64,000 bases of DNA, from contig OX597831.1 of NCBI GenBank assembly GCA_951406725.2, positions 55,676,001 to 55,740,000 on the forward strand. The letters are read 5' to 3'. The notes beneath the pieces were generated by a model. That model was not told the origin of the DNA, did not search any database, and saw only the letters and a list, made by a program, of their open reading frames with translations. Both the position numbers and the translations under genes were made by a program. The DNA comes from Octopus vulgaris (Eukaryota). Shown piece by piece: positions 12,351-24,390 of the stretch; the first letter of the stretch is position 1, and each line of letters starts with the position of its first letter.

Positions 12351-13782
12351 GAGCCGGTTTTCTAGTCCCTATAGCTCTTTTACCAGGTATTATGTGTCTT
12401 ACTATTATAGACTTAAAGAAAAACGTGCTGAAAAGCAGAACTCCACTGTCGACACAACCCAAGGTCTGAGAGTTTCGTGCGTTGATACTTAAACTAAGGA
12501 GCGTCATGGCATAGTCATTAGGGTGTTGTAGTCACGATCATAAGGCAGTGAGTTTAATTCTTGGACCTGGCAGCGTGTTTTGATTTTGTGTATGCAGCCG
12601 TCTCTTCCTTTCGCTGTCACATACTCAGTATTCCACTGAGTCTAGATTGGGGAGGACAGAGATAGAGAGAGAAAGAGAGAGAGAGTGTGTGTGTGTGTAT
12701 ACGTCTGCTCGCAACTACACAGGCACCTAAAATAGTTAGCGAAATGGTGCCACTTCTCAGCTTTTATATGTGTATATGTATGTGTCTCTACGTGTTTGTG
12801 TGTGTGTGTGTGTATTTGTGTTCATGTTTCGCGTCCATTCTGAGGTAGTGATAACAATCGAAAGAAGGCCGCATTGTTACAGTTCTTATGATGACGAGGT
12901 CAAACTCAGAAGAAACCCAAACTCAGTCGAGAATTTTACCACAGTGGCAATGCTTACAACCTTTAACTGTCCCAGTTTCTGCCTCTTCATCCACCTGCTA
13001 GTTCAGACTCTGAAGATTATAAAGGCGACAAACCCCAAGAATTTTGTTAAGCTTACAGTTGGTAGAAATTGATGGGAATTTTCTACCAATATTCTTTGTA
13101 TTGATATGAATGTATGCATTCCGGAGCAGAGGTATTGTTTGTATTTATTCCAGGGCAGTCTTTTCTGCGGACGGCATTGTATATTGTTTTAGCAACAGTA
13201 TCACGTCTTAGTGGGAAGTAGTGTCACAATGACATTTTTGGACAGCTGTTGACTACATGTGTTATGTCCTCCATAGTAGTGTGACGTATTCGACATTAGC
13301 ATTTGCATGTTGGTATTTTGCGCTGTCCCATTTGTTCAAGAGTTATTTCGCAGCTGTCTTCCGCTCTTGTTTTGTAAAGATGTAGCCTTCGAGATGTGAT
13401 GGTCATGAGCTCAAGAAAGGCTAGACTTCATCTAAATATTGATTTCAAAAGGTAACTAACCCCAAAGCAAACTCTAAGAATAACTTACACGGCTTATTAA
13501 AAAAAGTAATTAGAAATCTATCTACAGAAAACAAACTGATGAGTAGCGAAAAAGTTTAGGCAGGGTCTCCAAGGGAAATTTGATATGGTGTAACAAGACT
13601 ATTTTGTGGCTTCGGGAAGAGGGAATATCCATAAAATTTCAATGGGTGCGAAGCCTGGGAAGCGGATTGTCACTGATCAGGGAGATAGTCACAGATCCCT
13701 CCTTGACTTACTGAAACCTAGAACGATGGATCAACTAAGTACCCCCACACACACTCTCTCACACCTGGCGTTAGGGTTTATA

Positions 13783-14397
13783 CAGGGTGTCCCAGAATTA
13801 ACTATATATTTTAATGAAATCGGGCAAATTTAAAAAAACAACTAACTACATTTTATGTTTATTACTTAATTATAATACCAAAGCAAATAGATTTATTGGA
13901 AATTTTCAACACGTGCCCGTCTGTATCCCTGAAAATTTCCAATTTATCCTTAGCGTTGCGAAACATATTTAAAAACATTTTGGGAGTTATCTCCTGCACT
14001 GCTAATTGAATGCGTTCTTTAGGTTCAGCTAAACTTATTGCTCCATCCTGGGGGAAGGGGAGGGGGTGAAGGTTCAGAAAATGATTGCAGCCAAATTTTA
14101 AAAAAAAGCTGTCGTGGACAGTTGATCGGGATCCAACAGAATTGAAAATAAAATGAAAATAAAATAAATCATAAAATTATAGAAAAAAAAAATAATAAAA
14201 ATTATACATTTTTAAAAGTAAAATTAAGTATAGGCGCAGGAGTGGCTGTGTGGTAAGTAGCTTGCTAACCAACCACATGGTTCCGGGTTCAGTCCCACTG
14301 CGTGGCATCTGGGGCAAGTGTATTCTGCTATAGCCCCGGGCCGACCAATGCCTTGTGAGTGGATTTGGTAGACGGAAACTGAAAGAAGCTTAAGAAG

Positions 14398-14436
<39 letters not shown>

Positions 14437-14763
14437 TTGTGTGTCTGTGTTTGTCCCCCTAGCATTGCTAGACAACAGATGCTGGTGTGTTTATGTCCCC
14501 GTTACTTAGCGATTCGGCAAAAGAGACCGATAGAATAAGTACTGGGCTTACAAAAGAATAAGTCCCGTGGTCGAGTTGCTCGATTAAAGGCGGTGCTCCA
14601 GCATGGCCGCAGTCAAATGACTGAAATAAGTAAAAGAGTAAAAGAGTAAAAAAGAGTATTTATACACTTTAAACACATTTTAAACATGATATACATGAAT
14701 AAATGTGATTTAAAAAAATTGTTCGATTACTCTAAAATAGATAGTTAATTCTGGGACATCCAG
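13783..14763 (-). mobile_element. Non-autonomous Tc1/mariner-type element with nested SINE
   Basis: TIRs CAGGGTGTCCCAGAATTAACTAT and ATAGTTAATTCTGGGACATCCAG are both flanked by TA. A transposase C-terminal remnant (LAEPKERIQLAVQEITPKM) is on the minus strand at ~13920-14040. Confidence 0.75.
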
Positions 14764-15064
14764 TATTTTCAAGATATATATATATATTTCAAAATATATA
14801 GGGCGGCGAGCTTGGCAGAATCGTAAGCCCGCCGGGTGAAATGCTTAGAGGTATTTCGTCTGCCGCTACGTTCTGAGTTCAAATTCCGCCGAAGTCGACT
14901 TTGCCTTTCATCCTTTCGGGGTCGATTAAATAAATACCAGTTACGCACCGGGGTCGATAAAATCGGCTTAATCCGTTTGTCTGTCCTTGTTTGTCCTCTC
15001 TGTGTTTAGCCCCTTGTGGGCAGTAAAAAAATAGATATATATATATTTCAAAATATATATTTTA

Positions 15065-15565
15065 AATGATGGAAGTACTATAGGCTCCGAAGCAGTTATT
15101 CATGAATATTCTCCTTCACACTAGCTTTCGAAGAGATTCTCACATCAACAGGGAAGATAATGCCTGTACATAGCCTTTTTTAATTCTGACCTAAATAACT
15201 AAATCAGTTCTGTTAAGCTTACAGTTGGTAGAAATTGATGGGAATTTTCTACCAATATTCTTTGTATTGATATGAATGTATGCATTCCGGAGCAGAGGTA
15301 TTGTTTGTATTTATTCCAGGGCAGTCTTTTCTGCGGACGGCATTGTATATTGTTTTAGCAACAGTATCACGTCTTAGTGGGAAGTAGTGTCACAATGACA
15401 TTTTTGGACAGCTGCTGACTACATGTGTTATGTCCTCCATAGTAGTGTGACGTATTCGACATTAGCATTTGCATGTTGGTATTTTGCGCTGTCCCATTTG
15501 TTCAAGAGTTATTTCGCAGCTGTCTTCCGCTCTTGTTTTGCAAAGATGTAGCCTTCGAGATGTGA
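15065..15565 (-). mobile_element. Decayed R4/Dong-like non-LTR fragment (partly duplicated at 13045-13400)
   Basis: The minus strand encodes HLEGYIF..QE, MEDITHVVNSCPKMS..YFPLRRDTVAKTIYN, KEYW and NRTDLVI. This is homologous to the element at 34812-36090. Confidence 0.6.
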
Positions 15566-15624
15566 CATGATGTAATGGTCATGAGCTCAAGAAAGGCTAG
15601 ACTTCATCTAAATATTGATTTCAA

Positions 15625-16450
15625 ATTTTGGCAAAATGCCAGCAAGTTTTGGAGAGGAAGTAAGTTAATTACTTCAACCCCAGTACTCAACTGCTGCTTA
15701 TTTTATCGATCTCGAAAGGACGAAAGGCAAAGTCGACCTCGGCGAAACTTGAATTTCGAACGTAATGACGAATGAAATGCCGCTAAGCATTTCGCCCGAC
15801 GCGGTAATAATTCTGCCAGCTCACCGCCTTACACTTCATATTAATATTGGTTTCAAATTTTGGCACAAGTTCAGCAAGATTGGAGAAGGGAATGAGTCAA
15901 TTATATCAACCCCAGTCCTTAACTGGTACTTATCTTATCAATCCCGAATGAATGAAAGGCCAAGTCGACTTCCGCGCAATTTGAACTCAGAACACGAAGA
16001 CGGCGCGGTAACGATTTTTCCAGCACGCCGCCGTAAACTTCAGAGTCATATTCTTTTCTACTCTAGGCACTAGGCCCGAAATTTTGGGGCAGGTGGCCAG
16101 TCGATTAGATCGACCCCAGTACGCATTTGGTACTTAATTTATCGACCCCGAAAGGATGAAAGGCAAAGTCGACCTCGGCAGAATTTGAACTCAGAACGTA
16201 ACGGCAGACGAAATACCTATTTCTTTACTACCCACAAGGGGCTAAACACAGAGCGGACAAACAAGGACAGACGAACGGATTAAGTCGATTACATCGACCC
16301 CAGTGCGTAACTGGTACTTATTTAATCGACCTCGAAAGGATGAAAGGCAAAGTCGTCTCTGGCGGCATTTGAACCAGAACGTAAAGACGGACGAAATGCC
16401 GCTCAGTATTTTACACGGCATGCTAACGATTCTGCCAGCTCACCGCCAAG
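15625..16450 (-). mobile_element. Cluster of tandem SINE family A copies (old and young)
   Basis: Four co-oriented cores (GAAAGGCAAAGTCGACCTCGG-like) at ~15722, 15953, 16158 and 16342. Confidence 0.85.
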
Positions 16451-16618
16451 TATTAAAATTAAATATTAAATTGTATGCCCAAGAAAAGGATACGTCCATC
16501 GTTATCTGTGTCAATGGAGACATTAGTTAATATCTTTAAAGTATGTCGAGATTGACGATTCAGATGGTATTTAATCGAAAGATTCCTAATTATAGTAATG
16601 TACTTTCATAGTGTAGAC

Positions 16619-18771
16619 CAGTGGTTCTCTACCGGGGTTGATATGGCCCCTGAAAGTCCATAAAAGATTTTTGGGGGTCCATACAACAAAAGAGTAAATT
16701 GGGGATCCAGAATAATATTTTAAGGGTCCCTGAAAACAATTTTACTTTAGATGTATGTGTGACGGTAATGGTCAAAATGGATGAAAAATGGTCGAGGACC
16801 CGTGGTGTAGACGGTAGAAACATTCAAGTGTTTAAAACTGCTCCTACAATACAATGTCTACGGATTGGAAAAAGGAACGTAGAGAATATTCTGCACATGC
16901 AAATCTCCAAACACCAGAACCTGAAAGTAACCCTTCACTAGCTGCCCACGTATCTCTGTCTGATAATTACTCTCTTTACGTACCAAATTATGCCAGAGCC
17001 TGAAAGTAACCCTTCACTAGCTGCCCATGTATCTCTGTCAGATAATTACCCCCTTTACGTACCAAATTATGGTTAGAAATCACAGACAACCAAAACGTAC
17101 ACCTTTATTCGTATTGTACGAAACTTATAACTACTAATCACTAAGTCTACCGTTATATCATCAGGAAGCATAAAGATAAACTTCCCAGTAGTAGACTTAG
17201 TAAGGATGTTGAGATATACACACCGCATGTGACAACCCTGTCGACTATCTCTTTCTAAGTCACGAGGCTCGCATCCACGCTCAAATATACGCCGAATGCT
17301 TCAAGCACCACTTCCTAGACAGGTATCTGTCCAAGTGTAACTTCATTTCCCCACTCGTATCGGTCTCAAAAGCCACCCCGATCCTCCCCCAAAGAAAGAA
17401 AGAAAAAAAAAAACAACACAAAAATAAAACAAAAACAAAAATACCCAATTCGATCAAATTTACTACCATGTGATTGAGAAACAAACTGCTAGACTATGCA
17501 GGCATGCCTCTACTATTTACTAACCGCGCCGGTCGTGTTTTAAAAAAATCTTCGTAAAATTGCTTTCGTATTTCTCGTAAATTTAGTACATTTTTCAATC
17601 TGGGATTATATTGATAATTTGTGATAATTCTGTAGCTCAAACTGTAACTGAAGCTTTTTATTATATTTTTGATGTTTTGTTTTGGGCATTTGTTGTAATC
17701 GCATTTTAATTTTTATTCTTCAGCAAATATATATATATATATCTCTAAATGATTTTTCTTTCCTTCGCAGGAACACGTAACGCTGAAAGCTTGATGATCC
17801 AAGGGAAATAACTCAAGAACACTGCGGAAAAGCTAATGAACTTTTTAATTTTCATTCTCTGCTTTAGTTCAATATCTATGGACTCGCAACAAAAGATATA
17901 TTTGATATAAAATTGTTTTGACTACTGTAGAACAAATTATAAAAATGAAGATAGCTCCTAGCGAGCAGAGTTCGTGACACGATTTCAATTCATAAAATGA
18001 AACCTTTTCATTTCATTTTCGCCGTCAATGATCTTGGAAAAATAAGAAAAATATGAAACATCTTATTTTTTTCCTGCACCATAACCTGAGATCTTGTGCC
18101 TAGTCAAAAACAATTCAATGTTAATATAAGCATTGGATTCTGCAACTTACAGACATGAACGAACTTTTAATTTTAAATATTGTAATTTTTTTTTAAAACA
18201 TGCTTTAATCGAATTTTCTTCATTTTCATATTAAAATCAACCGATTTTTTTTTTTTTTGGTTAACATATATAACTGAATGAGGGGGGAAAATAAGTGAAA
18301 TAAATTGTTGCCGGTATTATTTTTATAACTCTAGTTTTTTTTTATTTATTTTACTCGTAAATTGTAAAGGGACATAATCTGGATTGAACCAACCAAATAC
18401 ACTATTTTTGTTCGATGTACCAATTCCGTTTTGACCCATCCATCTGTCCGTCCGTCCGTCCGTCCGTCTATCCATCCATCCGTCCATCTCTTCTTCTTCT
18501 TCTTCTTCTTCTTCTTCTTCTTCTTCTTCTTCTTCTTCTTCTTCTTCTTCTTCTTCTTCTTCTTCTTCTTCTTCTTCTTCTTCTTCTTCTTCTTCTCCCT
18601 CCCTCTCTCCACACACACACACACACACATCGCTGAAAAAAAAACCTATCCCTTTCTTGCAATACACACTAATAAATACATCTAAAGCACACTTTTTTCA
18701 TGAGTCCTTGGACTACCAAAAATCTTATATGAATCCACAGGGGTTATATGGATCCTGGTTGAGAACTACTT
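16619..18771. mobile_element. Older hAT-type non-autonomous element (~2.1 kb)
   Basis: Imperfect TIRs CAGTGGTTCTCTACC and GGTTGAGAACTACT with matching subterminal sequence. Possible TSD GTGTAGAC versus GTATAGAA, the latter displaced to ~19871 by nested insertions. Confidence 0.45.
16920..17071. repeat. Tandem duplication of ~79 bp
   Basis: CCTGAAAGTAACCCTTCACTAGCTGCCCA...CCAAATTATG occurs twice. Confidence 0.9.
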
Positions 18772-19116
18772 GTATCAGTGGCGGCTCGTAGATCAAATTA
18801 GTTGGGGAGCCTTGCTGCTTCAGAAAATGTTTAGCCAGTTGAACACCCGGCACTGTCATTCACGCAGTGCTCTCTCTCCTTCACGTGAAGCTTCCTATCT
18901 CGGACATGTGACCATGCGCACAACAGCCAAACACCGCGTCGCCGGAACTGTGAAGCGTACAGTTCTAAACAAGGAATTTTGTATTTTTTTTCATAAACTA
19001 TGAAATAGCTACTGACATTAAGCTTAAGGATTATGTAATGTACAAGTATGAAGGAAAAATTAAAGAAAAAAAGGACTCATTATATTGAATGTTATCGAAG
19101 TCTCGACAAATATCTT

Positions 19117-19183
19117 CAGCTAGCAGGCCTCTGCTACTCTAGACTGATGATGGGCAAGACCCAGAAACGTGCATGTCTCTAGA
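19117..19183 (+). ncRNA. Type I hammerhead ribozyme motif, canonical core
   Basis: UCUAGA-CUGAUGA-UGGG caaga CCCA-GAAAC gugcau GUC-UCUAGA. The core is at 19144-19150 and predicted cleavage is after C19177. The distal stem I partner lies at 19387-19406, beyond an inserted MITE. Confidence 0.85.
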
Positions 19184-19184
19184 T

Positions 19185-19385
19185 CAGTGGTTTTCAACCA
19201 GGGTTCCGCCAGTACAGTCCAGGGGTTCCGCAAGAAGTTACAAAACTGCTAAAATCGGCAGTAATTTTTAATTCTCCTGTGCAGATATGTGTGCATAAGA
19301 CTATTAAATTATTGCACAGGGGTTCCTTGAGCCAGTGGAATGTTTCCTTGGGGTTCCGCTCCAGCAAAAAGTTTGAAAAACACTG
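19185..19385 (+). mobile_element. 201 bp hAT (Charlie-like) MITE
   Basis: TIRs CAGTGGTTTTCAACC and GTTTGAAAAACACTG, with a perfect 8 bp TSD CTCTAGAT (19177-19184 and 19386-19393). Confidence 0.9.
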
Positions 19386-20650
19386 CTCTAGATGCAGGCC
19401 TAGCTGTTGGGGGTGTTTGTCTCCCCTTCGTAAATATGTAAGGACACGGGAAATGTGCCAAGGCCGACAGGAAGCGTCGATGCTTCCTAGAGTTAAACAG
19501 CGGTGGTGTAATTCCCTTACAGGACTGTCACGTTAAGTTGACAGTATACAACCACTCTATCGATAATATCGAGTGGAAATAGGTGGGAGAGGGGCTGCAG
19601 TTCCGCAGTGCCTATATACGAGCCGCCACTGGCTGGTAGGCGGCGAGCTGGCAGAAACGTTAGCACGCCGGGCGAAATGCGTAGCCGTATTTCGGCTGCC
19701 GTTACGTTGTGACTTCAAATTCCGCCGAGATCGACTTTGCCTTTCATCTTTTCGGGGTCGATAAATTAAGTACCAGTTACGCACTGGGGTCGATGTAATC
19801 GACTTAATCCCTTTGTCTGTCCTTGTTTGTCCCCTCTGTGTTTAGCCCCTTGTGGGTAGTAAAGAAATAGGTATAGAACATCTTTGATCTCCGATACGGT
19901 ACCGAGAGAAATGCTTCAACTGAATCTGATACAATGCACATATACTTTTATTCTTTCACTTATTTCAATCATTAAACTGCGGCCATGCTGGGGTACTACT
20001 TTGAAGAATTCTAGTCGAATGAATCGACCCCAGTACTTTATTATTTTTTTTAAGCCTGATACTCATTCTATCAGTTCTTTTGCCGAATAGCTAAGTTATG
20101 GGAACGTTAACACTCCAACACCGGCTGTCAAGCGGCGGTGGTGGACACACACACACACACGACAGGTTTCTTTCAATTTCCGTCTACCAGCTCCAAGGTG
20201 CCACGCAGTGGGACTGAACCCGGAACCATGTGGTTGGTGTTGTATTTCACTCTTACAGGACAAATGTGGAATATTCGTAACAACAAGCTCACTTTTGGAG
20301 AACCACGCTGTACCGTTGCTAGTAGCATTCACCCGTCGTGATTTCCATGTGATTGCACGAGACTTCCTTTGAGAGTTCTATATACATGTGAGGATACCAA
20401 ATCAACAACCCAGTGCAACTATCACAGTTGGGAAGCAGGATTCTTACCACACAGCTACTCCTGCACCTTATGCACACAGAATATTTTTATGCCCTGCTCT
20501 AAACCATATTAAACACGAATGCACACACACTCAACGTCAAATAAAACATCAATTTACGTAAATGATTGCTAAAATGAATTAAAGTGAATTAATTACCATT
20601 TGGGCGAACAAGCAATTTATCGTCTTGAAAAATTGAAAGTAAATTGCACC

Positions 20651-20960
20651 CGGTGGAGGCACATGGCCTAGTGGTTAGAGCAGCGAACTCGCGGTCGAGG
20701 GATCGCGGGTTCGAATCTCAGACCGGGCGATGTGTGTGTTTATGAGCGAAATACCTAAGCTCCTCGCGGCTCCGGCAGAAGGTAATGGCGAACTCCTGCT
20801 GACTCTTTCGCCACAACTTTCTCTCACGCTTTCTTCCTGCATCTTGCAGCTCCCCTGCGACGGACCGGCGTCCCGTCCAGGTGGGGAACCTACACGCCAA
20901 GGAAACCGGGAAACCGGCCCTTATGAGCCAGGCGTGGCTTGAGAAGGAACAAACAACAGC
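20651..20960 (+). mobile_element. tRNA-derived SINE family C, representative copy
   Basis: TGGCCTAGTGGTTAG A-box, GGTTCGAATC B-box and (AAAC)n tail. Related heads with differing bodies or tails occur at 32363-32760, 41549-41832(-), 31363-31603(-), 40785-41119(-), 50412-50718(-) and 28480-28740. Confidence 0.85.
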
Positions 20961-21609
20961 AAAACAAATTGCATCCGAAGTGACGATTGTGGGGTTCCAT
21001 AATTGGCTGTGTGGTAAGAAGCTTGCTTCCTAACCACATGGTTCCGGGTTCAGTCCCACTGCGTGGCACCTTGAGCAAGTGTCTTCTACTGTAGCCTCAG
21101 GCTGACCAAAGCATTGTGAGTAGATTTGGCAGACGGAAACTAAGAATCCCATCGTATAATGTGTGTGTGTCTTTGTGTCTGTGTTTATACCCCACCACCG
21201 CCTGACAATAGGTGTTGGTGTGTTTATGTCCCTATAACTTAACAGTTTATCAAAAGAGACCGATAGAATAAGTACCAGGCTTTAAAAGAAAATGATTATT
21301 GGGGTCGATTCATTCAACTAAAAATTCTTCAAGGTGCAATCTAAGAAACGACTGAAACAAGTAACAGATCAAAGATAATAAAATATGCAACGGAAATAAC
21401 ACCACGGTGAGTGGCATAAATGGATTAGAAAATTTCTAGATCAACAATTTCTCTCATTTATAGGAAACATCACGAAATTAAAACAAACAATTTCACTAAT
21501 AAGGCTTCTGACTCTGGCAAGAGACACTAACCTAAAATGTCATGCAGAGGCTTCGGGAATTGCAAAACGGCCTTTTAAACTATTCGATCATGCTGATGCA
21601 TAAGACATC

Positions 21610-22297
21610 AAGACCTATCTTGAGCCTTAAATGATGTAACACGGTGGATAGCCGTTTGTGTGAGTAGAGATACTACAGCAAACCAACACAAAACGCGAAC
21701 TGTACGAGATAACCTGTACGAGATACCCGCTCAAGTTATTATAAACTGTACGAGATAACCGCTCAAGTTATTATAAACTGTACGAGATAACCGCTCAAGT
21801 TATTATAGCTCGGCCATTACTCCAGAAACACTTTAGAAATAAAGTAGCTGCTCACGACGTCTCAACCGTGTATTCTATATCCATTTGAGCAGCGGCGACC
21901 CTGTATCACAATATTATTTGAGCCATGAACTGGGAACATTTTGCTCTGTCTCCACATTTCTCTCCTGAATAAGACCTATCTTGAGCCTTAAATGATGTAA
22001 CACGGTGGATAGCCGTTTGTGTGAGTAGAGATACTACAGCAAACCAACACAAGACGCGAACTACTGTAAACTGTACGAGATACCCGCTCAAGTTATTATA
22101 AACTGTACGAGATAACCGCTCAAGTTATTATAGCTCGGCCATTTCTCCAGAAGCACTTTAGAAATAAAGTAGTTGCTCACGACGTCTCAACCGTGTATTC
22201 TATATCCATTTGAGCAGAGGCGACCCTGTATCACAATATTATTTGAGCCATGAACTGGGAACATTTTGCTCTGTCTCCACATTTCTCTCCTGAATAA
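21610..22297. repeat. Tandem duplication (~360 and ~327 bp units) with internal 32 bp subrepeats
   Basis: AAGACCTATCTTGAGCC starts at 21610 and 21971. AACTGTACGAGATA(A/C)CCGCTCAAGTTATTATA occurs three times in unit 1 and twice in unit 2. Confidence 0.9.
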
Positions 22298-23385
22298 AAT
22301 CCGAATTTAACCCATACAACATTTTGGAATTTTCGATTATTACGTTTTTGTCATTAATTAATTTGTTTTATACCATTTTATCTTACTTTATTTCACACTT
22401 AATTGAACATTAGTCGTTAATTAATTTATTTTATTTCATTTTATTTCACTTTTTTTCACTCATCTTAACTGAACATAGGAATAGGGAGATGTGAAAGAGC
22501 AGAGAAATAACCTACAAACTCATCGACAATGCAAGATTTATTTCCCTTTAATTGTCTACCTTTATATTCATTTTGTGATTACAACTTATATAAGAATGAT
22601 TTCTCTTCTGTTTGTGCTGATCAAGCAGAAGGCCGTATTTCGTATAACCACGACCACCACATTTACATCCATCCATCCATCCATCCATCCATCCATCCAT
22701 CCATCCATACATACATACATACATACATACATCCATACATACATACATACATACATACATCCATCCATCCATCCATCCATCCATCCATCCATCCATCCAT
22801 CCATCCATCCATACATACATATATACACACATACACACATACACACACATACACACACACATACATACATACATACATACATACATACATACATACATAC
22901 ATACATACATACATGCATACATACATATATACAAACATTTTTTTTACTTGTGTGAGTCATTTGACTGTAGCCATGCTGGAGCACCACCTTTTAGTTGAGC
23001 AAATCGACCCCAGGGCTTATTCTTTGTAAGCCTAGTACTTATTCTATCGGTTTCTTTTGCCGAACCGCTAAGTTACGGGGACTTAAACACACCAGCATCG
23101 GTTGTCAAGCAATATTGGGGGTGGGGGCAAACACAGACACACAAACATATATATATACATATATACGACGGGCTTCTTTCAGTTTCCGTCAAACAAATCC
23201 ACTCACAAGGCTTTGGTCGGCCCGAGGCTATAATAGAAGAAGGTGCCACGCTGTGGGACTGAACCCGGAACCATGTGGTTGGTAAGCAAGCTACTCCCAC
23301 GCCCATACATACACTCCCACGCCCATACATACACACATGCATACATACATACATACATACATACATACATACATACATACATACA

Positions 23386-23417
<32 letters not shown>

Positions 23418-23951
23418 CCTACCTACCTACCTACCTACCTACCTACCGACCCACTTACCTACCTACATAATGTTTTCAAATATGCTGACTTACACTGTTG
23501 AATTTTCACAGGTCCTGCTAGTTTTATATAAATTTGGTGTGAGTCCTGTTTCACACATATAGCAATTCCACTTGGAGAACGTTTCGTTTTCCACCAAAAC
23601 AAATCCATTATTTACTCTATCGCCCAACCCATGGCAGATAATGATACTCGGGGTCGATAAAATAATGTTGCAGTTTAGTTCTGGGGTCGATGTAAACGTC
23701 CAAACCGCCTCCATTCAATTTAGCCTTGTGCCTAAATCAAAAATAATTAAGAGAGGAGGTGGCGAACTGGCAGAATTGTCGGAGTATTTGTTCTGGTTCT
23801 CTATGTTCTGTGTTCAAATCCTGCTGGAGTCAATCCTCGCCTTTCATACCTCTGTGGGTGTCAATGAAATAGCGTTGTTGTCAAGTAGTGGGTTCGATGT
23901 AATTGACTGAACAGCTAACCCTGTACCTTAATAAGAAACCAATAACGTCCA

Positions 23952-24390
23952 GTCCTTGTTGCGATGTGGTGGTCCGTGTGCCTCAATGACCCCGAAATCT
24001 ATGCCAGCGGAGAACAAGCTTCTTATAGGGACTCCTATGCTGGACAGGCCAAAGGATAAAGGCTAGTCTATTATGGACCACCTCTTCTCGGAGATACAAA
24101 TGGGCTTGCGTAGGGCCAACACCTCCTACTTACAATAAAGCAAAGTTATGGAAGCATCGATGACAAGGACCCAGGAAACCTTCCCTCAAAGTAACCCACA
24201 AAGGAGGCGGAAGAGAGGAAGCCCCACCAAATTGCTGGAGGCGGGATACTAAGGCAGAACTGAAAAAGTAGGAATCCACCGCGAAAGATGCAGAAAAGCC
24301 AGCTCAGAGTCGATAACAGTGGAGTAAAGTCATCTTTGGCCTATGTTCCAACTGGAATGAAGGGCTTAAGTAAATAAGTAATTAAGTAAT
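23952..24390 (+). mobile_element. Internally deleted RTE-like element (5' UTR-like part joined to 3' end)
   Basis: The 5' part (CCTCAATGACCCCGAAATCTATGCCAGCGGAG...) is also found, diverged, at 34205-34385. The 3' part encodes decayed WRRD..AEL...AQ.R..W...GLCS and ends in a (TAAG)n-like tail. Confidence 0.5.

Larger units (their letters stand above)
18776..19631. mobile_element. Non-autonomous hAT-type element containing a hammerhead motif and a nested MITE
   Basis: Perfect 15 bp TIRs CAGTGGCGGCTCGTA and TACGAGCCGCCACTG. The 8 bp TSD is decayed (ACTTGTAT versus GCTGGTA[SINE]T). Confidence 0.75.

Noticed and set aside
17100-17170. CUGAUGA on the minus strand with a following hairpin (similar isolated cores at 7577, 40631 and 52051)
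   Set aside because: No correctly placed GAAA-NUH plus stem I, so these are consistent with chance matches.
20651-20730. tRNA-like A/B boxes (also at 8195-8265, 12500-12570 and 32363-32430)
   Set aside because: They are SINE heads or their decayed remnants. No complete acceptor stem or cloverleaf is evident.
21697-21808. CRISPR-like spaced ~32 bp repeats
   Set aside because: The repeats are directly tandem without unique spacers, there are no cas genes and the context is eukaryotic.
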